Part shown: positions 1 to 8,158 of the stretch, one piece after another
How the letters are laid out: each line of letters opens with the position of its first letter
Position numbering within the stretch: position 1 is the first letter of the stretch
NCBI GenBank assembly: GCA_947649355.1
Contig: CANSRG010000001.1
Coordinates: 3,554-67,553 of the forward strand
Length of the DNA: 64,000 nt
Direction: 5' to 3'
Source: an uncultured Mycoplasmatota bacterium
GTDB taxonomy: Bacteria > Bacillota_I > Bacilli_A > RF39 > UBA660
Translations under genes and position numbers: made by a program
The notes under the pieces: generated by a model
The model's input: the letters and a program-made list of their open reading frames with translations, nothing else
The model's database searches: none
Told to the model about the DNA's origin: nothing

Positions 1-1
1 A

Positions 2-145
2 CTAGATGATATTGGTCATATTAATGAAAAAATTAATCTAAAAATTTCAACCATTAAAAAAATGCTAAAACAAAAATATGGGTTAACAATCAAAAATGAG
101 TCGCCACTTGAAATCGTGGACACAAAAAAAGAGGACCAGCGTTAA
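2..145 (+). CDS. C-terminal fragment of a plus-strand ORF, convergent with the endolysin; product unknown
   Basis: Open frame from the window edge to TAA at 143-145 (..LDDIGHINEKINLK..KKEDQR*). Shares the hairpin at 121-160 with the endolysin. Confidence 0.25.
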   Translation, partial: LDDIGHINEKINLKISTIKKMLKQKYGLTIKNESPLEIVDTKKEDQR

Positions 146-160
146 TTTGCTGATCCTTTT
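121..160 (-). terminator. Rho-independent terminator after the endolysin (bidirectional hairpin)
   Basis: On minus: GGATCAGC-AAATTAAC-GCTGGTCC stem-loop followed by a T-run (TCTTTTTTTG). Confidence 0.5.
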
Positions 161-161
161 C

Positions 162-1103
162 TTATGGAATTAAAAGTTTTTGTCCTGGATATATTAAGTT
201 TGCATTCGCTAGGTTATTCGCTCTCGCTATTTCTGGATATCTGTTTCCATTGCCATAGAATTTTTGAGCGATTCTCCATAACGAGTCGCCTTTTACTACT
301 GTGTAGTATCTTGCATTACTCGTTGGAGTGTTTGTTCCTATTGGCGTTAAATCTTCGGTTCTTACCCATCCTAGACCATTGTTAATGTTATAAGGACATC
401 TTGATCCTGGATTAACTAGGTAGATTGTTGCTTCTAGATTTGTTCTTGACTGTCCTGCTCCATTTCCTTGGCTATCTCGATATAGAACTCCTGTGAATCT
501 TACCTTGTCGCCTACTTTGTATGTCGTATTCGTTGTTGGTTGTGGTGATGGTCGTTTATCCTTTTCTAGTTGTTTATTTACCTGTTCTGCGATGTATGGA
601 AATTTACTTTGTAAATATGGTCCTGGACACGCAGTCGCTGCGAACATATTATGGCGAGTTAAGTTTCCGGATGCATCTCCTGTGTAGTTTAATCTTTCGA
701 TTCCATTTCTTCTACAGATGTCTACACATAACTCTATAAGTCTTGCTAGGACATGGTCTGATACTTCCCAATTCCCACCATTCTTGCAATTTGAAACTTC
801 AATCGTTACGGCTTGATGATCGTTATTAGCGTTTGATGAACACCACGACCTGTTGCATTCTTCTACGTACATTCCGATTCGACCATCTGAACCGATTCCA
901 TAGTTCGAACTTGCTTGTCTACCAGAACCTGCGAATATTCTTCCACAGGTTTCAACTGACAACACTCCTGCCATGTGATGGATTGTGATTTTCTTAATTT
1001 TAGCATTCCTTGGCTTATTACAATTTGGGGATAACTTTGTATATTGTACTAATGGACTATTGCTCATTTTCATCTTCTCCTTTTCCGTTATTGAATTCTT
1101 CAC
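162..1103 (-). CDS. Phage endolysin: N-acetylmuramoyl-L-alanine amidase (Amidase_2/PGRP) with C-terminal LysM domain
   Basis: ITIHHMAG..GIGSDG..ATACPG amidase_2-like signatures. C-terminal YTVVKGDSLWRIAQKF..GQKLLIP is a LysM motif. It is the last gene of the lysis cassette. Confidence 0.85.
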   Translation of the reverse strand: MKNSITEKEKMKMSNSPLVQYTKLSPNCNKPRNAKIKKITIHHMAGVLSVETCGRIFAGSGRQASSNYGIGSDGRIGMYVEECNRSWCSSNANNDHQAVTIEVSNCKNGGNWEVSDHVLARLIELCVDICRRNGIERLNYTGDASGNLTRHNMFAATACPGPYLQSKFPYIAEQVNKQLEKDKRPSPQPTTNTTYKVGDKVRFTGVLYRDSQGNGAGQSRTNLEATIYLVNPGSRCPYNINNGLGWVRTEDLTPIGTNTPTSNARYYTVVKGDSLWRIAQKFYGNGNRYPEIARANNLANANLIYPGQKLLIP

Positions 1104-1159
1104 TATTTTCTACATCGAACACTTCTCCATTTTCATCGTGGAAAGTTTCTTTTTCTTCG

Positions 1160-1363
1160 TTATTCTCCATCACTTGCACCTCCTTTCGTATTGCCATCTT
1201 TGTTAAAGAAATAAGTGGCAATCATACCTAAAATAAGCATGAAGTTATCTGTCGTTATTTTCTCGGTTACTGATAAATAAAAAAACGCTCCAAATGATAG
1301 AAGCGTTATAATGGATTTCACTTTTAAAAGTGACACTACTGCACTGATTGTTTTTTCTTTCAT
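1160..1363 (-). CDS. Small two-TM membrane protein, holin or antiholin-like
   Basis: 67 aa with two hydrophobic segments and a charged C-terminus. Sits between the holin candidate and the endolysin. Confidence 0.4.
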   Translation of the reverse strand: MKEKTISAVVSLLKVKSIITLLSFGAFFYLSVTEKITTDNFMLILGMIATYFFNKDGNTKGGASDGE

Positions 1364-1365
1364 CT

Positions 1366-1662
1366 TTATTCTCCTTTTCTTGGTTCGTTTGGCAAATCGT
1401 ACAATTGATTTACCATACTTGTTACGAGTCCATTGCCTTTTAACATATGGTAACTCTCGTACATATCTTTTACATTTTCTTTCATGAAACTAGAGCAATA
1501 ACCTAGCTTCATTTGGGTGTCGTAGATTCTTACTATTTCGTTTCGAAGGAGCGCCTGCATTCCTTGTTTCAGTCCTATGTACTGTTTGAAAACATACACG
1601 ATACCTCCTGTTACTCCTGTTAGCAAGAATTCCACCCAATACTTTAAAATAAAATCTAGCAT
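1366..1662 (-). CDS. Putative holin
   Basis: 98 aa with an N-terminal TM helix (LLTGVTGGIVYVF) and a hydrophilic C-terminus. Lies immediately upstream of the endolysin. Confidence 0.5.
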   Translation of the reverse strand: MLDFILKYWVEFLLTGVTGGIVYVFKQYIGLKQGMQALLRNEIVRIYDTQMKLGYCSSFMKENVKDMYESYHMLKGNGLVTSMVNQLYDLPNEPRKGE

Positions 1663-1671
1663 CTTTCCCTC

Positions 1672-2049
1672 CTAATGTATTTGTTTCCAGTTACCTGGTG
1701 TTGTATCATTTATTCCAATTCTCAAGTATATTCCTCCACCTGTATTAAGTAAAATCTGCCATAGCCAACTACCAGTATCAGTCTTTTGCCATGTTCTGCC
1801 ATCGTTAGTTAACACTACCAATACTCCATAAATCGCTCCTGTGTATGGTGCATTCTTCATTGCTTTACCTATAGCATAAATTCCTGGAGTGTAGAAATAA
1901 TTAAAATCTTCAGCATTTGCATTGCCCTTATAAGCCAAGAACACACGATTCTTATAATTTTGAATAAAAGTCGCTAGGGTTTCTTTATTATGAATGATGC
2001 CATTTGCATCCCAATAAAAATCATTTTCTAATTTTATTGATTTCTTCAT
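1672..2049 (-). CDS. Hypothetical phage protein, tail-fibre or lysis-associated
   Basis: 125 aa ORF between the collar genes and the holin. No recognisable motif. Confidence 0.4.
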   Translation of the reverse strand: MKKSIKLENDFYWDANGIIHNKETLATFIQNYKNRVFLAYKGNANAEDFNYFYTPGIYAIGKAMKNAPYTGAIYGVLVVLTNDGRTWQKTDTGSWLWQILLNTGGGIYLRIGINDTTPGNWKQIH

Positions 2050-2058
2050 ATTCTCCTC

Positions 2059-2478
2059 CTAGGCAATACGATGCCATATATAAACTGCGAGATATGGTGG
2101 CATATTATTGTGTGGTTGACTTCCTCCAGTATTTTTAATAACTCCTAATCCATCTGGGTAGTATGGTCCTTGATAATTTCCGTTATACCAAACCATGCCG
2201 TATGCCTCCCCACTTCCATAAGCATAAGTAACTCCATGTGAGTGTGATGGCATTTCACTCTCATTTAACGTGTGTTTTTCTTCTCCGCCTACACTATTTG
2301 CTGAATACTTGTTGCCTGCTCCTAATAAAAATCTATCCTTTAACAATTCCCACTTACTACCAAATATGAGTGATGGATTTCGGTTGTCTAGACTTAAATA
2401 AATCGCTCCTACCGGAAACGGATTCGGATATACCTCATTGTTATTTTCATCTTTCAATTGGATTCCTATCTTTGTCAT
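2059..2478 (-). CDS. Phage tail collar domain protein (MdpB-like), paralog 3
   Basis: Start trimmed to the ATG at 2478, which has a GGAGG RBS. N-terminus IGIQLKD..VYPNPFPVGAIY and C-terminus NMPPYLAVYIWHRIA are shared with the two upstream paralogs. Confidence 0.7.
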   Translation of the reverse strand: MTKIGIQLKDENNNEVYPNPFPVGAIYLSLDNRNPSLIFGSKWELLKDRFLLGAGNKYSANSVGGEEKHTLNESEMPSHSHGVTYAYGSGEAYGMVWYNGNYQGPYYPDGLGVIKNTGGSQPHNNMPPYLAVYIWHRIA

Positions 2479-2969
2479 GATACTCGCCTCCACATATAAA
2501 CTGCGATGTAAGGTTGCAAATTTCCACTGTCTCCAGAACCTGCATTTCCAGTTGTTCCACTTACTGAATGTGAATGATCTCCACCCCAATCTGTAACTCT
2601 ATGTTGTCCATGAGTTGTTGAATTATAGGTTCCGTAGATTCCACCATCATCCCATCTTCCTTCGGAGTTGTACCATACTGCAGTAGTAAGTCCATGGTTA
2701 TGTCCACCAGTTGTATTTGTGTTAGCACTAAATCCATGGTTATGGCTTTGTAAATTTTTGTTTCCACCTGTCTTGTTTACGGTCTTAAATTCGCTTTGAT
2801 TCTCATCTACCCCAACAAGTACCCTACCATTGGCGAAACGTTCCCACACGCCCCCAAAAAAGGCGCTAGGATTGGTATTCATAACTGATATGTAAATACT
2901 TCCTATTGGATAATAAGGACATGGATAGATATTCCCTGTGTCATCTTTTAATTGAACACCTTTATTCAT
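2475..2969 (-). CDS. Phage tail collar domain protein (MdpB-like), paralog 2
   Basis: ATG at 2969 with GGAGG RBS. Conserved NTTGGHNHG..NLQPYIAVYMWRRVS. Its stop overlaps the start of paralog 3 (ATGA). Confidence 0.7.
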   Translation of the reverse strand: MNKGVQLKDDTGNIYPCPYYPIGSIYISVMNTNPSAFFGGVWERFANGRVLVGVDENQSEFKTVNKTGGNKNLQSHNHGFSANTNTTGGHNHGLTTAVWYNSEGRWDDGGIYGTYNSTTHGQHRVTDWGGDHSHSVSGTTGNAGSGDSGNLQPYIAVYMWRRVS

Positions 2970-3493
2970 GCTATTCGCCTCCAAACATAAACGGCTAGGT
3001 ATGGTGGCATATTACTCGTACTTCCGGTGTTACCATGATTGTGTGCTTGATTTCCACCTGATGCAGCAACCCAGACACCTCCGTGATCGTGAGCTCCATC
3101 AGTTTGTCCTGCAAGGTCTTGCCCCCATCTTGAATTGGCTACTGGAATTTGTCCTCCGTTTCCAGAGTTTGCTCCACCACCAAACCATAAAACATGGTTA
3201 TGTCCGCCCGCATTATTTAATCCGGCACTATGGCTATGACTTGGCATTTGATTCGATGTTAAAGTGCAATTGCCAGTTGTGTGGCTATGGTTTGCATTTC
3301 CACCACTCGTTCCTGGTTTATAAGTTGTTCCGGCACAGAGCAAAAATTTGTCTTTGATTTGCTCCCATGTTCCGCCGAATATTTGTGAAGGATTTCTCGA
3401 GTCAACACTCATATAAATTGCTCCTACAGGAAATGGGTTCGGATAAACATTGTTATTATTTCCATCTTTCATTTGAATTCCGATATTCTTCAT
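2966..3493 (-). CDS. Phage tail collar domain protein (MdpB-like), paralog 1
   Basis: ATG at 3493 (TAATG overlap with the stop of the upstream fibre gene). N-terminus MKNIGIQMKDGNNNNVYPNPFPVGAIY and C-terminus NMPPYLAVYVWRRIA. Confidence 0.7.
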   Translation of the reverse strand: MKNIGIQMKDGNNNNVYPNPFPVGAIYMSVDSRNPSQIFGGTWEQIKDKFLLCAGTTYKPGTSGGNANHSHTTGNCTLTSNQMPSHSHSAGLNNAGGHNHVLWFGGGANSGNGGQIPVANSRWGQDLAGQTDGAHDHGGVWVAASGGNQAHNHGNTGSTSNMPPYLAVYVWRRIA

Positions 3494-5244
3494 TATTCCC
3501 ACTCCGCGATGACTTCGTAGTCGAGAACGGCTTTCCCACTTTTTAAATAAATGTTACCTCGAACGGCGAGTGAGTATTCTTCCTTGTCATTGATAACGCC
3601 TATTCCTACATTCTTCTTCGTGGCATTTATGAATTCGATCGGGATACCTTGAGCAAGAAAGTATGGAAGAACTACTGTTTCTAGCTTATCCTTTACCTCA
3701 ACTTCAAAATTGAAAGACTTTTCATTGTCTAGGGTTATCGCTTTTTGAGTGCAAGTATAATTATTTGAACTTTTACTCACAGTCAAAGTTTGCCATGCTC
3801 CCCAGGATGAAGAAGTAGATTCTTTATACCTGTAGCGTACACTTTGAATGGTATTCTTATTGGTCGTACCACAAGTTATCAAAGAAAAAATACCACCGAC
3901 ATTTATCTTGGTAGTATTCTCGAACTCATTTAATCTTCTTATGGAAACTGATTGACTTGGTGGCTCGTAATCAATGACATAAATCACTTTTGTCTTTGTT
4001 GTTATGAAACCTCGACTATCAATCGCTGACACATTCAGATTTACTGCACCTGATAAGTTTAAGATGCCTAGTTCTAATGAAACATCATTCGTAGAGTATG
4101 CAATGTTTCCTGACAACTCTCCTACTTCGATTCGGTAGGATACTGGTGTGGCATAATTCTTGGCTACCATCTTTTTGGCTGATGGTATGGATACTTTTAG
4201 TTTTGATTTATTCTTTACGATATAAGCATTGCTTCCTGTAATTCCTACGATTGTTGAGTTATTATCAAAATAACTAAAATCTTCGAATGTAGGGTTACTG
4301 TTCGTAATGGTGTAAGTTCCATCCTTGTAATTCCAGTATTTTTCTTCGCCTGCATCGTTTAAGGTACAAGCTACGACTCTTATAGTAAAACTTGCATTAT
4401 TTGGGTAATATTGCATCAAACTTGTTAATTCCGACACACTAAATGTCACACTCGTTCCAGCTTTCGAATACCTAGATGCACTTGCACATTCTAATCTTAT
4501 ACGGCAAGTTGCCCCACTTGGATTATTTGCTGTTACTGCAAGTGATGAACCATTGCTCACATTGGGCGTACTGCTCGTTATTTGGTTGATTTGGTGCGTG
4601 GCTTGGTAATATGCCCCACTATCGGTCGTAAGTCCACTATCTCGCCTTTTTACTCTTAATTTAAAGTTGTACCCTGTTCCTGGCGAAAGTCCACTGATCG
4701 TAAAACTTCCACTCGCTGCATTCACATCATTACTTGCTGTCGCCCAACTATTACCATTGTTCGTTGAGTATTGAATTGTGCTACAGGTATGTGCTGCACT
4801 CCATGAAACACTTACTTGTGTTAATCCATTAAATCCGGATTTCTTGGATACAGAAAAACCAGTAATTGATGTGTATGCGGGTGCAACATATAATCCATAA
4901 GTTCCTGATGTGTAATTACACCATTTGGTATTTTGGGTATCCTTGGCTGTAAAATAACAAGATGTTGTTCCACTCGTTTTATTTGAAACTGTGAACCAGT
5001 CTGTTGTTCCATCAAAAGACCATCCTTTGCTCGATGATTTACAATTCTTACTAAAAACATGAGTACCATTTAAATAAATATTGAATGCGATATTATTGTA
5101 GTACCATCCACCACTTGACTCTAGGTACACTTTCCAATAAAAGCGATACTGCATATCTGCTCCACTACGTCGTGATTCGTATTGAAGAAGTACACTAGGA
5201 TATGGTGACGAACTGTAAACTCTACCACTATGTAATGTATCCAT
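3493..5244 (-). CDS. Tail fibre / receptor-binding protein with FN3/Ig-like repeats
   Basis: 583 aa, S/T/N/G-rich, beta-type repeats. Follows Tal in the canonical siphovirus order. Confidence 0.55.
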   Translation of the reverse strand: MDTLHSGRVYSSSPYPSVLLQYESRRSGADMQYRFYWKVYLESSGGWYYNNIAFNIYLNGTHVFSKNCKSSSKGWSFDGTTDWFTVSNKTSGTTSCYFTAKDTQNTKWCNYTSGTYGLYVAPAYTSITGFSVSKKSGFNGLTQVSVSWSAAHTCSTIQYSTNNGNSWATASNDVNAASGSFTISGLSPGTGYNFKLRVKRRDSGLTTDSGAYYQATHQINQITSSTPNVSNGSSLAVTANNPSGATCRIRLECASASRYSKAGTSVTFSVSELTSLMQYYPNNASFTIRVVACTLNDAGEEKYWNYKDGTYTITNSNPTFEDFSYFDNNSTIVGITGSNAYIVKNKSKLKVSIPSAKKMVAKNYATPVSYRIEVGELSGNIAYSTNDVSLELGILNLSGAVNLNVSAIDSRGFITTKTKVIYVIDYEPPSQSVSIRRLNEFENTTKINVGGIFSLITCGTTNKNTIQSVRYRYKESTSSSWGAWQTLTVSKSSNNYTCTQKAITLDNEKSFNFEVEVKDKLETVVLPYFLAQGIPIEFINATKKNVGIGVINDKEEYSLAVRGNIYLKSGKAVLDYEVIAEWE

Positions 5245-7430
5245 TATTCTTCGCCTCCACTCGGTACAAAAGCCCAGCCTTTGTTTGTTCCACTTTGTAG
5301 TGCTACTATCTTAATTGGATTCATGGATATCTGCGTCTTGGCTTTTAGTTTTTCTACTTCGGTTGTATCTCCATTTAACGAGAATACTCTTGTTATCTCA
5401 TTATTAACTTTTGCATAACCAGAAAACTCCATCGGACTCATAACTGTGTAGCTTCCATCGTAAACATTTGATTTTACGATCACACCACTCGATGTGATAT
5501 TTACCTGTGTATTTAGGATTTCTCCGTAGGCTTGTTGGTATGGAGTTTTGTAAACTCCCACATTACACATATTGTCCGTGAATGTTGCATCGCTATTTGC
5601 TGAACCATAAAGTTCCACATAATAAAAGGACTGCTTTGGTAGTAATCCTTTGAGTAAATATTCTTTATAGAACGATTCTTCATTCTCGCCTAACTGTATG
5701 ATGTAACTTTCGACATCGTTATACACTTTAAAGTAGCAAGTTCCTTGGAGTCCTTTTTTTATGATGGTAGAAAACGTGTAATAAGTTTTCTGTGCCTGTG
5801 GTATATCTTCGGTATCGGCTTTCACGGTTATCTTTTGTTTTATCTTTCCACCATTGAACACAAATGCTCCACCACTTTGGCTTCCGTTTAGTGTTAGGTC
5901 GGCATTGCTGATATGTGCGACTCCGGCTTCGAATTCCCAACTTTGAAATCCTGCAAATCCTACACTATTTAAAATTAAGTTAGATCCTCCAGAATGTTGG
6001 ATATCGAACTTGAACCCTTCGATATCTAATTGTAGGCTATGTAATGTGTCTGCGAGTCCTACTATTCTTTCAATGGACATTTGTCCTGCTGTGATAAAGT
6101 CAGCAACAATTTTTCCATCTGCGGTCATAGCGATTCCATAAGGACCACTTATTCCTGTGGATGAATAACCGAGTCCGTTGATGTTCCATCTCCACACCTT
6201 TTCGGCCTCCACTGGATTCTCGTTATCCATGATAAAGAGTTCGTTGCGTGTCTTATAAACATAACCGCCCATGGCATTAACTATTTGGCTCGTTGCATTC
6301 TGCTTGGCATTATTTAAAACATCCACATCTATCTGTTCTAGCTTCTTTATAAGTGCGTTTGTGTTATTGATGAAGTTTCCTTTTTTCGTATCACTATTCG
6401 ATAGTTCGAACTCGGTATATTTCTTGGCTAGGACATCGTAGGTTGTAGAAATAACTTTCAATCGTTCATTAAGATTTAAATGTGGCACGATTGCCGTTAC
6501 GAAATCTCCTAGGTATATCTTCTCCATGCTCTTATAAAGTTTCTTGTATTCTTCGGTTTTAGATAATTCTAAAAAGTCCACTTGAATTGTGATGACTGGC
6601 TTATCGATTCCTTGGTTATATTGGTCGTATGTCGCCTGTCGTAGGTTTTCAAGAGCCATCTCTTGAGTGATTCCATTCTCCTTATCGATTTGGATTTCCG
6701 AGAACTCTATCTTTTGAATTTTCGGATGGATGTAATTCTCTATTAACGGACTGTCAATGAAAAGTTCTGGAAGTAACAAACCATCGAACCCTTGAGGATA
6801 TATCCTTGTAACTACACCTGTGATATCGATATCCCATGTAATTTCTTTCATGTTCTTTCCGTATCTGATTTGAACTCCTCGGTCTTGCCCTTTATTGGTA
6901 TTCATGGCAAAGTGTTTGTTATTACGATGAAGTTCTCCACCCCACCTATTTATGAAGGAGTTATCATCTCCTAGAATTGATGCGACAAAGTTCTTTCGCA
7001 CGTATCTTGCACTAGCTACTTTTTGAATATCTGAAGAACAAGAAAAGTCATTTGCATAAACTGTCCTTTGTAACATCCACTTTAGTGCTGCATCTCCATT
7101 CTTATCAGTTGGCGAAACATCTACCAGAAAGTTATCAGAGAGATCATAGAATATGTGCGTGGCATACACTTTTATTCTCTTTAATTGTTTAGATATTAAC
7201 TTAATTCTGAATAATTGGTCTTCGCCACTAGGGTTTCCGACTGGTGCTTTTATGATGTTTTCTTCTACGATATATTCTATCAATGCCCCATTTACTGGAT
7301 ATTCTAGTTCTAGGTCGTATTGTCCATTTAAAACTTCGGTGCAAGTGCAAGTTAGAACATCCTTTAAAATCCCATATCCATTATGCTCGAAGTTTGTTTC
7401 CTTTTTCTCATAGATTCTTATCATAGCCAC
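5244..7430 (-). CDS. Tail-associated lysin-like tail tip protein (Tal / prophage tail endopeptidase family)
   Basis: 728 aa, immediately after Dit. Size and position are typical of Tal. Confidence 0.6.
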   Translation of the reverse strand: MAMIRIYEKKETNFEHNGYGILKDVLTCTCTEVLNGQYDLELEYPVNGALIEYIVEENIIKAPVGNPSGEDQLFRIKLISKQLKRIKVYATHIFYDLSDNFLVDVSPTDKNGDAALKWMLQRTVYANDFSCSSDIQKVASARYVRKNFVASILGDDNSFINRWGGELHRNNKHFAMNTNKGQDRGVQIRYGKNMKEITWDIDITGVVTRIYPQGFDGLLLPELFIDSPLIENYIHPKIQKIEFSEIQIDKENGITQEMALENLRQATYDQYNQGIDKPVITIQVDFLELSKTEEYKKLYKSMEKIYLGDFVTAIVPHLNLNERLKVISTTYDVLAKKYTEFELSNSDTKKGNFINNTNALIKKLEQIDVDVLNNAKQNATSQIVNAMGGYVYKTRNELFIMDNENPVEAEKVWRWNINGLGYSSTGISGPYGIAMTADGKIVADFITAGQMSIERIVGLADTLHSLQLDIEGFKFDIQHSGGSNLILNSVGFAGFQSWEFEAGVAHISNADLTLNGSQSGGAFVFNGGKIKQKITVKADTEDIPQAQKTYYTFSTIIKKGLQGTCYFKVYNDVESYIIQLGENEESFYKEYLLKGLLPKQSFYYVELYGSANSDATFTDNMCNVGVYKTPYQQAYGEILNTQVNITSSGVIVKSNVYDGSYTVMSPMEFSGYAKVNNEITRVFSLNGDTTEVEKLKAKTQISMNPIKIVALQSGTNKGWAFVPSGGEE

Positions 7431-8152
7431 AGACTCCTATACTCGATATTCATTTGGATGAATTCCGATGGTTCTTCGCATAAAATACTGATTGTATTTT
7501 CTCCAGGAGTTAACACTGGGAAATCTCCCACCATGTGGTTATTCATGTTTGTTCCAACTTCATCGGTAACATTCATAAGTTCCGAGTCAATTACGATCGG
7601 ACTTTCTAGGTCTGTGAAATGCATGATTGTATCGTTGATATGGATTTCAATATCTCCACTTGCCTCCAAGTAAATTTTAGGATGCGTGTCGTAAAATGAT
7701 ACCACATCTATTACTTGCTCATCAGCCACGACTACCGGCAAGATTGTAGGTGATACTGATTTTGCGAATGGTTGCACTTCGAAGGCTATCATAAACCTAC
7801 GATATCTTTTAAACAGGCGTTCTATTGGGATTGCATTGATGATTGTCGCCTCGTAATAATAGTTAGGATAATCAGAGAATATTAGATTCCCACTGCCATC
7901 TAGCCACACTAATATCTCTTGGATAAGTGCATCAATCTCGGTTTGAGATTTTCCACTAGGTGGTAAAAAGGTACACTCTATTTCAAGTGTTTTCCCATTA
8001 TATGCATCTTCACTTTCAAATAAAAAACCATCGCGTCCGGGAACTGTGATGAGTTCCCCTCGGCGTTCTGGTTTTGTTCTTGGTGGTAATTTCAAAAGTG
8101 ATATACCCATCTCTCTTGAGTTTTTACCTTTATAAATAAAATATGGTTTCAC
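7421..8152 (-). CDS. Distal tail protein (Dit)
   Basis: 243 aa, directly downstream of the tape measure gene, overlapping the Tal start. Confidence 0.6.
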   Translation of the reverse strand: MKPYFIYKGKNSREMGISLLKLPPRTKPERRGELITVPGRDGFLFESEDAYNGKTLEIECTFLPPSGKSQTEIDALIQEILVWLDGSGNLIFSDYPNYYYEATIINAIPIERLFKRYRRFMIAFEVQPFAKSVSPTILPVVVADEQVIDVVSFYDTHPKIYLEASGDIEIHINDTIMHFTDLESPIVIDSELMNVTDEVGTNMNNHMVGDFPVLTPGENTISILCEEPSEFIQMNIEYRSLWL

Positions 8153-8158
8153 TATTTA

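Noticed and set aside
4821-5069. 82-aa same-strand alternative-frame ORF inside the tail fibre gene; also 2561-2767 inside a collar gene, 5728-5940 inside Tal, 29821-30024 and 30549-30749 inside the C5-MTase gene, and 62344-62601 inside ssb
   Set aside because: Nested out-of-frame ORFs within confidently called genes, with no independent signals.
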